64,000 nt of DNA, taken from the NCBI GenBank assembly GCA_964464605.1, contig CAYXJN010000008.1:124001-188000 (forward strand), written 5' to 3'. The notes beneath the pieces were generated by a model. The model was not told the origin of the DNA, did not search any database, and worked only from the letters and a program-made list of their open reading frames with translations. Each line of letters opens with the position of its first letter. The first letter of the stretch is position 1. The translations under genes were made by a program, and so were the position numbers. This document shows positions 29,023-38,147 of the stretch, piece after piece. Origin of the DNA: an uncultured Ignavibacteriales bacterium. GTDB lineage: Bacteria; Zixibacteria; MSB-5A5; GN15; FEB-12.

Positions 29023-30936
29023 ATGAGAACGAAATATCTCGTTCATTGGCTCACAGTATCTGCTTTTGTTGTGTTTTCACTTGTCATCGGCTGCTCCAAA
29101 AATGAGGAGGCTGGTGGTTTTGGAGAAGCAGCGGATAAAGTATACGTAGCTCCGGGCAGTTATGATGAATTCTACGCCTTTATGTCCGGAGGTTTTAGCG
29201 GACAAGTTTCCGTCTATGGACTACCGTCGGGTCGTTTATTTCGGGTGATTCCCGTTTTCAGTCAAGATCCCGAAAAAGGATATGGATATAGTGAAGAGAC
29301 GAAGCCCCTGCTTATGACCTCTCACGGCTTTGTACCTTGGGATGATGCCCATCATCCTCAACTATCAATGACCGATGGTCAGACCGATGGGCGTTGGCTC
29401 TTTATCAACGGGAACAATACCCCTCGGATAGCGCGACTTGATCTCACGACTTTTGAAACGGCGGAAATCATCGAGATTCCAAATTCCGGAGGAAATCATG
29501 GTTCTCCTTTCTTAACGCCGAACACGGAATATGTAGTTGCCTCGACGCGATTCAGCGTGCCAATTCCGCAAAAAGATGTACCGATTACATCGTATAAGGA
29601 AAATTTCAAAGGAACTATCTCATATATCAAAGTTGATCCTGCTTCCGGACGCATGAATGTCGCTTTCCAGATTCTCGTTCCGGGAATCAACTATGATCTT
29701 TCTCGATCCGGCAAAGGTCCGTCGTATGGCTGGTCATTCTTCACTTCTTATAACTCGGAACAGGCAAATACCCAACTGGAGGTAAATGCCTCACAAAACG
29801 ACAAAGATCTCATTGCGGCGGTCAATTGGAAGTTGGCGGAAGAACTGATTGCACAAGGCAAAGGGGAAAGCTGGCCTGCATCTTATTATCACAATTATGT
29901 GGATGATGCCGATGTTGCCCAGAGCGAAGTCAAGGAAAAGGTCACCGTGTTGATCGCCAAGGATCACCCCGGGCTGGTGTATTACCTACCAACGCCTAAG
30001 TCACCTCATGGTTGCGATGTTGACCCTACTGGCGAGTATATAGTTGCCGGCGGAAAGCTTGCCGCGCTCATTCCGGTGCATTCTTTCACTAAATTCAAAG
30101 CAGCTGTTGAGAATAAAGAGTTCGACGGCGATCTTGAAGGAATTCCAATCTTGAAATACGAATCAGTATTGGCAGGTGAAGTTAAAGAACCGGGTCTCGG
30201 ACCGCTTCATACTGAATTTGACGGTAAAGGATTCGGCTATACTTCGATGTTCTTATCCTCTGAGATCGTAAAATGGAAAATTGGTACGTGGGAAGTCATC
30301 GATCGTATCCCCACGTATTATTCTATCGGCCATCTCATGATTCCAGGGGGGGACACGAAACAACCGTACGGCAAATATGTTCTCGCTTTGAACAAGATTA
30401 CGAAAGATCGCTACCTGCCGACCGGCCCTGAATTGACGCAATCCGCCCAGCTCATTGATATCACCGGTGACAAAATGAAGCTGCTACTTGATTTTCCGAC
30501 CATTGGCGAACCCCATTATGCTCAAGCGTGTCCTGCCACACTTATCAAAGATCGTTCACTACGATGGTTTCCGATTTCTGAAAACAAGAATCCCTACGGT
30601 ATCAAATCAGAGGGAGAAGCGCGGGTGATTCGAGACGGCAAAAACGTTCACGTGTATATCAGTACCATTCGCTCTCACTTTGCGCCCGATAATATTGAGG
30701 GCATAAAGAAGGGCGATAACGTCTACTTTCATGTCACCAATCTGGAACAGGATTGGGATGTACCGCACGGATTCAGCGTTTTGGGAGCGAATACCTCTGA
30801 GTTGCTTGTCATGCCGGGCCAGACGAGAACGCTGCTCTGGCAGCCGCAAGACATTGGCGTATTCCCGTTTTATTGCACCGATTTCTGCTCTGCGCTTCAT
30901 CAGGAGATGGAGGGCTGGATCAGGGTGTCGAATTAA
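29023..30936 (+). CDS. nosZ: Sec-dependent (clade II) nitrous-oxide reductase
   Basis: Lipoprotein signal without twin-Arg; CuZ His motifs DAHHP, GNHG, SPHG, PLHT, IGHL, EPHY; CuA site HGF..CTDFCSALHQEM. Confidence 0.97.
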   Translation: MRTKYLVHWLTVSAFVVFSLVIGCSKNEEAGGFGEAADKVYVAPGSYDEFYAFMSGGFSGQVSVYGLPSGRLFRVIPVFSQDPEKGYGYSEETKPLLMTSHGFVPWDDAHHPQLSMTDGQTDGRWLFINGNNTPRIARLDLTTFETAEIIEIPNSGGNHGSPFLTPNTEYVVASTRFSVPIPQKDVPITSYKENFKGTISYIKVDPASGRMNVAFQILVPGINYDLSRSGKGPSYGWSFFTSYNSEQANTQLEVNASQNDKDLIAAVNWKLAEELIAQGKGESWPASYYHNYVDDADVAQSEVKEKVTVLIAKDHPGLVYYLPTPKSPHGCDVDPTGEYIVAGGKLAALIPVHSFTKFKAAVENKEFDGDLEGIPILKYESVLAGEVKEPGLGPLHTEFDGKGFGYTSMFLSSEIVKWKIGTWEVIDRIPTYYSIGHLMIPGGDTKQPYGKYVLALNKITKDRYLPTGPELTQSAQLIDITGDKMKLLLDFPTIGEPHYAQACPATLIKDRSLRWFPISENKNPYGIKSEGEARVIRDGKNVHVYISTIRSHFAPDNIEGIKKGDNVYFHVTNLEQDWDVPHGFSVLGANTSELLVMPGQTRTLLWQPQDIGVFPFYCTDFCSALHQEMEGWIRVSN

Positions 30937-30950
30937 CATGTGATGAATAT

Positions 30951-32102
30951 ATGATTTACCAAAATGAAATCACCGGCTCCGTTGAAAGGCGTGAGCCGGC
31001 GCTTCATGCCAAGACGCAAAGCAGTCGAGTCCAGATGAAACCTATTTCCCGACTCTTCGTTGGCTTAGCGGCATTGCTTTTAGCGGCAACGTACTTTCTT
31101 CCACTTTGGGAGATATCTCTGAATGCACCGCAATATCCGGAAGGGTTAGGCATGGAAATCTGGATCAATCAGATTCAAGGTCAGCATGAAGGAGATCTAA
31201 AAAAAATCAACAATTTGAACCATTATATCGGAATGAAACAAATAAAGCCGGAATCAATTCCCGAACTTTTGATCATGCCGTGGATAATGCGGGGTGTGAT
31301 GTTGTTCGGGTTACTTGTCGCTCTATTGGGAAGGCGAGGTATGCTCTTGATGTGGCTGTTTCTCTTTTTGCTGGTTTCTGCTGCCGGGTTTGTTGACTTC
31401 TATCTTTGGGGATATGACTACGGTCATAATCTTGATTTCGATAAAGCAATTATTAAGGTCCCCGGGATGAGTTATCAACCTCCGCTCATCGGAACCAAAA
31501 AACTTCTCAACTTCGAAGCGACCTCACTGCCGGGCATGGGAGGCTACATTCTGATAGTCGCAGTTCTCATTGGCACAGGTGTGTGGGGGTATGAGAAACG
31601 GTTACGAGTGTTGCTGAAGCGAGCAATAGTGCAAACAGCTACGATAGGAACAGCCGTACTTGTGCTCATGAGCGGCAGCATCGCGTGCAGTTCATATCGT
31701 CCTGCGAGAATAAGCTATGGAATAGATCAATGCGATTATTGTAAAATGACCATAGTCGACAAAAGTTTCGGAGCAGAGCTGGTCACCACAAAGGGGAAAA
31801 TATATAAATTCGATTCCATCGAGTGCCTTGCTGCTGCCGCACTCGAAAGGGATGGCAAATCGGAATCAAATTATTCCCTTTGGGTCACCAATTTTCACGA
31901 ACCGGAAGTGTTTTTAAACGTCGAGAATGCATTCGTTGTTGCCGCAGAGCGACAAAGAAGCCCGATGGGTGTAGGGCTGGTCGGTGTTGATTCCAAAGAA
32001 GCAGCCACGGAACTGATTGGGCATGTGGGTGGTGTGCTTCTAAAATGGAGCGAAGTTAAAAAACATGTCGCGCAGGCTTGGAGGCTGCCTACTGCCAAAT
32101 GA
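30951..32102 (+). CDS. nosL: NosB-like membrane protein fused to NosL copper chaperone
   Basis: N half APQYPEGL, NNLNHYIGM, WGYDYGHNLD, YQPPLIG; C half CDYCKMTI, FDSIEC, SPMG; start uncertain (30951 or 31035). Confidence 0.85.
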   Translation: MIYQNEITGSVERREPALHAKTQSSRVQMKPISRLFVGLAALLLAATYFLPLWEISLNAPQYPEGLGMEIWINQIQGQHEGDLKKINNLNHYIGMKQIKPESIPELLIMPWIMRGVMLFGLLVALLGRRGMLLMWLFLFLLVSAAGFVDFYLWGYDYGHNLDFDKAIIKVPGMSYQPPLIGTKKLLNFEATSLPGMGGYILIVAVLIGTGVWGYEKRLRVLLKRAIVQTATIGTAVLVLMSGSIACSSYRPARISYGIDQCDYCKMTIVDKSFGAELVTTKGKIYKFDSIECLAAAALERDGKSESNYSLWVTNFHEPEVFLNVENAFVVAAERQRSPMGVGLVGVDSKEAATELIGHVGGVLLKWSEVKKHVAQAWRLPTAK

Positions 32103-33397
32103 TTCGTACGAACTATTCAACATGTGTTGCCAAGCTCATCAAGAAAATCAAGTTGAACAGACTGATACCATGTCTGCCGGCTTTGCTCCTTGTTCAGTCG
32201 GTTACACCCCGTGTTGATGGTAAAGTGCTAACGGTCGGACCCATAGATCACTATCTGACTCTTTCCTCGGCTGTTAGTGGCGCAAGAGCCGGCGATACAA
32301 TCGTCGTTCAGTCAGCAACCTACACGTTGAATAATCTTCAAATAGACAAACCAATCGCATTGCTTGGTAAAGATTGGCCTACATTGACTGCGTCTGAAAA
32401 CTCTCATTTGGTCAGCATCACTGCTTCAAATGTTGTGATATCCGGCTTCATTTTTAAAGGAGTGCCGATCAGCTTTACCAAGGAAAATGCCGCAATACGG
32501 ATAGATACAGCACATAATTGTGAGGTCATCGGTAACCGCTTTTATGACAATTTCTTCGGCGTTTACCTGGCCGGTTCTCATCATTGCCGCGTCGCAAACA
32601 ATGAGATAGTTGGTTCAGCGAAAAACTTGACGACGGCAGGCAATGGTATACATCTGTGGAAATGTCATGATATACTCATTGAACAAAACAGAATCGAAAA
32701 GCATCGTGATGGCATATACCTTGAATTCGTTACTGCGAGTGTCATGCAGCACAATATAAGTCGTGAGAATTTGCGCTACGGCCTCCATTTTATGTTCTCC
32801 GATAGCTGCCGCTATACAAGCAATCAATTCATTCAGAACGGTGCAGGTGTCGCCGTCATGTACACGGCTCACGTGGATATGACGGACAATGTTTTTGAAG
32901 ACAGCTGGGGTGGGGCTTCGTATGGTTTACTGCTGAAGGATATCAAGGACAGTCGAGTTACCGACAACCATATAGCAAACAACTCTGTCGGAATATACCT
33001 GGAAGGTTCCGACCGCATAGAGATTCAGCGTAATACCTTTATTGCGAACGGCTGGGCGGTGAAAATAATGGCTAATTGCGTTGATGCCGAAATCCATGGC
33101 AATAATTTCATTGATAATTCATTTCAAGTTACCACGAATAGCAGGCAGACGTTCAGCCGGTTTTATGAAAACTATTGGAGTACGTACCGCGGATTCGATC
33201 TTGACCATGATGGCTGCGGTGATGTTCCCTTTCGCCCGGTCAGTTTGTTTTCACTTTTGGTCGAATCTGATCCGGCAACACTGGTATTAGTACGCAGCCT
33301 CCTTGTTGATCTGCTTAATTTAGCCGAGTGCGTGATGCCATCGCTTACCCCCGAAGCGCTAACCGATGCCAAGCCGCTCATGAGGCCGGCGATATGA
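32099..33397 (+). CDS. nosD: N2O reductase maturation protein NosD
   Basis: Beta-helix repeats, GNGIHLW, RDGIYLEF, RYGLHFMFS, NYWSTY..GDVPFRP; ATGA overlap with the previous gene. Confidence 0.93.
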   Translation: MIRTNYSTCVAKLIKKIKLNRLIPCLPALLLVQSVTPRVDGKVLTVGPIDHYLTLSSAVSGARAGDTIVVQSATYTLNNLQIDKPIALLGKDWPTLTASENSHLVSITASNVVISGFIFKGVPISFTKENAAIRIDTAHNCEVIGNRFYDNFFGVYLAGSHHCRVANNEIVGSAKNLTTAGNGIHLWKCHDILIEQNRIEKHRDGIYLEFVTASVMQHNISRENLRYGLHFMFSDSCRYTSNQFIQNGAGVAVMYTAHVDMTDNVFEDSWGGASYGLLLKDIKDSRVTDNHIANNSVGIYLEGSDRIEIQRNTFIANGWAVKIMANCVDAEIHGNNFIDNSFQVTTNSRQTFSRFYENYWSTYRGFDLDHDGCGDVPFRPVSLFSLLVESDPATLVLVRSLLVDLLNLAECVMPSLTPEALTDAKPLMRPAI

Positions 33398-34104
33398 TCG
33401 AAATCCACGGTCTTTACAAACGCTTCGGGAAACAGGTTGCGCTCCAGGAGATTAACCTTTCCATTCAGCGAGGCAGAGTCACCGGAATCATCGGACCAAA
33501 CGGATCAGGCAAAACAACGTTAGTAAAATGCCTGCTTGGATTGGTAACGCCAACGAGCGGAAGAATTACCATTGACGGGAAATTACTCGATGGGGCAAGT
33601 CACTATCGAAAGAACTTAGGCTATGTTCCTCAAGCCGCAAGTTTCCCGCTTGAATTAACCGGACGTGAAATTCTGAACGTTATACGAGGCTTGCGGGATG
33701 AAACAGAAACGAAGGAATCCGAACTCCTTAAACTGTTTGGTCTCAAACATGAAATAGACAAGCGGGTGAAAGCGATGTCGGGCGGCACTCGTCAGAAACT
33801 GAGCGTAGTGGCCGCTTGCATGTATTCCCCGGAATTACTCATTCTGGATGAACCTACGGCAGGGCTTGATCCTATTTCCAACATTCGATTGAAAGAATAC
33901 ATTTCACAACTACGAGATGATGGATGCACTATACTTTTGACTTCGCACATCATGAGCGACTTGGAAGAGTTGGCTGACGATGTCGTGATATTACTCGATG
34001 GCGTTCTGCGCTTTCTCGGCTCTGTTCGGGATCTCAAAGTAGCAATGGAAGAACCGAGTCTGGAAAAGGCAGTTGCGCTGCTTTTGGAGCGAGGCGCAGC
34101 GTGA
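33394..34104 (+). CDS. nosF: ABC ATPase NosF
   Basis: GPNGSGKT, MSGGTRQK, ILDEPTAGLD; located between nosD and nosY. Confidence 0.9.
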   Translation: MIEIHGLYKRFGKQVALQEINLSIQRGRVTGIIGPNGSGKTTLVKCLLGLVTPTSGRITIDGKLLDGASHYRKNLGYVPQAASFPLELTGREILNVIRGLRDETETKESELLKLFGLKHEIDKRVKAMSGGTRQKLSVVAACMYSPELLILDEPTAGLDPISNIRLKEYISQLRDDGCTILLTSHIMSDLEELADDVVILLDGVLRFLGSVRDLKVAMEEPSLEKAVALLLERGAA

Positions 34105-34892
34105 AGTCAGTCGGTCATATCGCTTGGTATACTATCCGTGACATCACGCGCAACCGATGGGGGCTATTGTACACGCTGTTTTTTATCGTCGTGACTGTCG
34201 GCCTATTCTTGTTGCAGTCGCATGCGGCAAAAGTAGCAGTGAGCCTGATGAGCATTTGCCTGTTTCTTATCCCGCTAGTCAGTTCATTGTTCGGTACCAT
34301 TTATTTCTATAATTCACGCGAGTTTATCGAATTAGTACTTACGCAGCCAATTTCGAGGAAGACCGTCTTTCTCGGAATGTTTGCCGGATTGTCCTGTGCG
34401 CTCATCGCCGGGTTTGCTATCGGTATTGCTTTGCCGTTCATTTTTTGGAGCGCGCAAATCTCCGGTCAAATACTCTCGCTTGCGCTGTTAGTATCGGTCG
34501 GTTCTTTTTTGACCGTTATTTTTCTCGCGCTCTCTTTTTTATCTGCAATTTTATTTGATGACAGAGGAAAGGGAATTGCTGTTACGCTCGGCGCCTGGCT
34601 TTTTACGGCTTTGGTATATGACGGATTGATTTTACTCGCCGCGATGTCGTTTTCTGATTATCCCCTCGAAATACCACTATTGGCCACTTCAATGGCAAAC
34701 CCCATCGATCTCGCTCGCGTAACATTGCTTGTTCAGACTGATTGGGCTGCGCTTATGGGTTACACAGGCGCAGTATTCAGCAGATTCTTTGGAACAAATC
34801 TCGGAGTATTTGTTGCTGCAGTCTCACTAATCGCCTGGTCCATCGGGCCGCTTTTAGTAGGGATTCGCAAATTCAGAACTAAAGATCTTTGA
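34101..34892 (+). CDS. nosY: ABC permease NosY
   Basis: Six TM helices; YNSREFIEL, NPIDLARV, ALMGYTGA. Confidence 0.9.
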   Translation: MKSVGHIAWYTIRDITRNRWGLLYTLFFIVVTVGLFLLQSHAAKVAVSLMSICLFLIPLVSSLFGTIYFYNSREFIELVLTQPISRKTVFLGMFAGLSCALIAGFAIGIALPFIFWSAQISGQILSLALLVSVGSFLTVIFLALSFLSAILFDDRGKGIAVTLGAWLFTALVYDGLILLAAMSFSDYPLEIPLLATSMANPIDLARVTLLVQTDWAALMGYTGAVFSRFFGTNLGVFVAAVSLIAWSIGPLLVGIRKFRTKDL

Positions 34893-35030
34893 GCAGGAAA
34901 TTGTGATGTTCATAGCATCCAATTTCAATAAGAGCTTGCCGAGATTTCTTTCTAATTATTTGCTTAACTATAACAAACTACGCAAAGTGCCACTATATTA
35001 ATTTATTGTCTGATAATTACTTGCGGAAAA

Positions 35031-35085
35031 ATGGCGGGGTCTACGAGACGAGTTTCGCAACTGGATTCTGACTTCCGCGGCTTAA
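35031..35085. repeat. att-like repeat family 1 plus orphan tail WRGLRDEFRNWILTSAA*
   Basis: 20-bp core identical to 20129 and 27204; in-frame stop at 35014-35016 and no start codon before the core. Confidence 0.85.
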
Positions 35086-35151
35086 AAAGACGGTCAAAAC
35101 GGGTTTTGTATACCACTGTTCTCGTAACCAGTTATCTGCTTCCAAAGGCTC

Positions 35152-37143
35152 TCACGGGCACGGTGGCGGTTGCGGGCCGCTGTTAAACAAATACTGCACT
35201 AAGGACGTTAAGTCAGCCACGGTAATGCTACCCAAACCGTTTACATTTGCTTCATCCGGGCAGGCTGGTGCCGGGCCGCTGTTAAAGAGAAAGCTCACGA
35301 GATACGTGAGGTCGGCAACCGTTATTCCACCACTATTGTTTACATTTCCGCGAATTCCGACACAACAGGACGATGTACTCGGAACAATCCTAACGATCCT
35401 ACCCTCGGAGGGCACATCATCGACGAGGGCAAAAAGCATATAGTATCCAAGCATTGAAATATTTTGGTTGCTGGGGATAGTTCCTGTAACAAGCGTCCCA
35501 TTTTGCGTGAATGGGAGGCTAATATATCGAGGAACACCGCCATCGACCCAATGGGTGACGGCGTTGACACCAATGAGAATTAACTGCGTTATCGAATCAG
35601 CGTATGTCACATTCAGATTGAAATTTCCCGATCGCTCCAACTCAGTAGCACTAAGAGCGGTAATTGACGGTCGCGGACCACGGAAGAGGTACGGCGGTTC
35701 ATATGCTTCGATGTTATAGTTTGTTGGGCCGGTAAAGTTCAAGTTGCTTCCACCAGCGGTGATGACCCGACCATCCGGCACCAGCAATGTAGTTGCGTGG
35801 TACTCATGGAAGGTAGGCAGTGTGGCCACAGACCTCCATGAATTGCTTGGAGGATCATAAATGTCAGTGAGTTTGGTGTAGCCTTGACTTGTTGGAATAG
35901 CAGGATTGTTATCCTCAAGGCGTCCTGCTGCACAGAGTACCTTTCCGTTAGGGAGCATTACAACCTCTGGCTGCGATCTGGTCACTGCAGGTGTTGCCCC
36001 GAGACTCCATGTTTCACTTACGGGGTCGAAGAGTTCCACCATTGATGGATTAGATAAGCTTCCCCGATAGATGCCGCAGACCATCGGTCGGCCATCAGGA
36101 AGAAGAATCATGGAATGATCGCTGTGACCTGGCCAAAAACGATTCGGTTGAACAAACTGGCCCGTAATACGCCATGAACCAGACTCAAGCGAGTAGATTT
36201 GAGGGGGATACCAAGTTATGAGCACATCACCGGATGGGAGAAGCAAGGTAGGAGTGTATTCTGAGCCGTTTTGCATTGAATCGGTGTATACATAACTGTT
36301 TTCGGCAGGATCATATATTTCGCACGTTTTCGTTCGGGCTGCGTCGGGACTCTGCCCCCCTCCCATTACTAAAAGTCTACCATCGGCAAACCTTGCAAGC
36401 GATGGATACCAGCGTTCTTCGTAAAGACTATCCTTTAATGTCCAACTGTTGGTACCATAACGGTACACTTTGGTTGTCCTTACAGCGTCGCGAAAATCGT
36501 CACTGCCTTGTCCACCAATGAAAATTATGTCACCGTTAAGTAATAGAGAACTAACATGACATCCCTGATGTGACGAAGAGCCTGGGGCGGTCGTGCTTAC
36601 ACCGCTTTCAGGATCAAAGAGAATTGGATCCAGCGTGTTGTGACAGAAGAATAGACGTCCATCAGGAAGGAGCGCCCCCGAGTTTGATGCATCTAAATAC
36701 TCTGGCGCTGTACTCCCTACAATAGTCCACCGGCCGGGCTCGACTTCGGGATGCAACACCACATTAATAGTCGTGTCTGCACCAATGGGATTTAGCGCTA
36801 CTTGTTTGTACTGATGTCCCGGCGCAGAAGTCCCGAGTAAAAGTCGAACTAACGGAACATTATTGAAGTTGTATGCACCTGCATTATCAGTTCGAGTTTC
36901 GGAAAAGAAACTTAGTGATGAATCAAAAAGCATAACTCTAACTTTTGAGATCGGCATATTGCCTGTCATTGAATCAACAACTACACCCGAAATACGAACA
37001 CTTGATAAGTGACCGGCAACGATTTTCGGTGTGGTTTTGCCGTAAGCAGCTTTTGTAGAAATTAGTATTAGTGCTGATACGACTGAAATTGCAACTTTTA
37101 CGACAAAACGTGACTTCACAATTGACTCCAAAAAGCGATTCAC
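35152..37143 (-). CDS. Secreted kelch/galactose-oxidase-like (AA5) protein with N-terminal beta-sandwich and dockerin-like tail
   Basis: Kelch repeats; GCH, RWYPS, EYHATTLLVPDGRVITAGG, YEPPYLF, VTHW; tail CCVGIRGNVNN..DLTYLVSFLF. Confidence 0.8.
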   Translation of the reverse strand: MNRFLESIVKSRFVVKVAISVVSALILISTKAAYGKTTPKIVAGHLSSVRISGVVVDSMTGNMPISKVRVMLFDSSLSFFSETRTDNAGAYNFNNVPLVRLLLGTSAPGHQYKQVALNPIGADTTINVVLHPEVEPGRWTIVGSTAPEYLDASNSGALLPDGRLFFCHNTLDPILFDPESGVSTTAPGSSSHQGCHVSSLLLNGDIIFIGGQGSDDFRDAVRTTKVYRYGTNSWTLKDSLYEERWYPSLARFADGRLLVMGGGQSPDAARTKTCEIYDPAENSYVYTDSMQNGSEYTPTLLLPSGDVLITWYPPQIYSLESGSWRITGQFVQPNRFWPGHSDHSMILLPDGRPMVCGIYRGSLSNPSMVELFDPVSETWSLGATPAVTRSQPEVVMLPNGKVLCAAGRLEDNNPAIPTSQGYTKLTDIYDPPSNSWRSVATLPTFHEYHATTLLVPDGRVITAGGSNLNFTGPTNYNIEAYEPPYLFRGPRPSITALSATELERSGNFNLNVTYADSITQLILIGVNAVTHWVDGGVPRYISLPFTQNGTLVTGTIPSNQNISMLGYYMLFALVDDVPSEGRIVRIVPSTSSCCVGIRGNVNNSGGITVADLTYLVSFLFNSGPAPACPDEANVNGLGSITVADLTSLVQYLFNSGPQPPPCP

Positions 37144-37618
37144 ATACGCTATTTACAAGTACTTAGACAATATGCCAGACCAATTCTGTTTGTCAATGTA
37201 CCTTCAAGGGAACTTTACAGTACAATTTCTGTAAATCAGTAGCTCGAAATCGATCAGATGCACGCATTGCTGCAAACCCTGGAAAAGTGAGGAAACTTGG
37301 ATTTCCATTCTGATTTTTATGATGATCTTGGGGTCATGTGCTATCACCATTCAATCACCGTCGCATTGGCGCTTTTGGCCGAGAAGTTTGAGCTGTATGA
37401 CATTGCGAAAGTGATTATCCTCAATCTCATTCCCGGTACAATCTTGCACCTACTCAGTTCGCCCCGGTCATAACGTCAGATGGGGGTACCCGGAAACTTG
37501 AGCCAATACTATTGGGACTCATGTACTTACTGGCTTAGGCCGACATTTAATCAATGGCCAAAGTATGTCGAAGATAAAAGTAACTTTTCTTATTTGAAAG
37601 CAGTATAAATAGGCACTC

Positions 37619-38047
37619 ATGAATCGATCCGTAAAACAGTTGGTTATTCGTTTATTTATGCTGTTCACGTCGTTTTTCGCAACGACTGTTCCCGCCAACA
37701 GTGTGCTTTGCATAGGGGAAGAAGGGCATAGTCGCATAGAATTGCCTCATGTAGAATGTTGCCCTGAATTGGGGCATGAGAATTTTCATTCCATTGTTGA
37801 GCATGACGATGACTCGCTGACAAGCTGTGGATCATGTGTTGATTTCTACATCAACCTTGATGCCACGACAAAGTCATTCTCATCAAAAATCGATGCCGAT
37901 CTTTGTTCATATCCCGCAATTTCCCTTTTCAATATTGCATCAATATGTCCTCATTTCCCGCTGCTTGATTCATATAGGCAGCGATTTGGCATCATACCGA
38001 AACAGGCTCATTTCGCTATTCTCTCCACGGCAGTTATTCGCTGTTGA
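37619..38047 (+). CDS. Small exported Cys/His-rich protein heading the czc operon
   Basis: Signal-like N-terminus; VLCIGEEGHSRIE, CC, CGSCVD; ends in STAVIRC. Confidence 0.6.
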   Translation: MNRSVKQLVIRLFMLFTSFFATTVPANSVLCIGEEGHSRIELPHVECCPELGHENFHSIVEHDDDSLTSCGSCVDFYINLDATTKSFSSKIDADLCSYPAISLFNIASICPHFPLLDSYRQRFGIIPKQAHFAILSTAVIRC

Positions 38048-38147
38048 TTTTCTATCAATACTGATTTCTAAAATGGAACCCGTCATAAAGATGGGTTTGA
38101 GCCATGCTTCGGCATGGAAACCTTGAAGTATTGCTGGAGAACTATAC

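Noticed and set aside
10221..35085. Family 1 repeats as a CRISPR array or as intact tRNA genes
   Set aside because: Spacing is 7-10 kb, there are no cas genes, and only about 18 nt of tRNA 3' end is present, with no anticodon or D arm.
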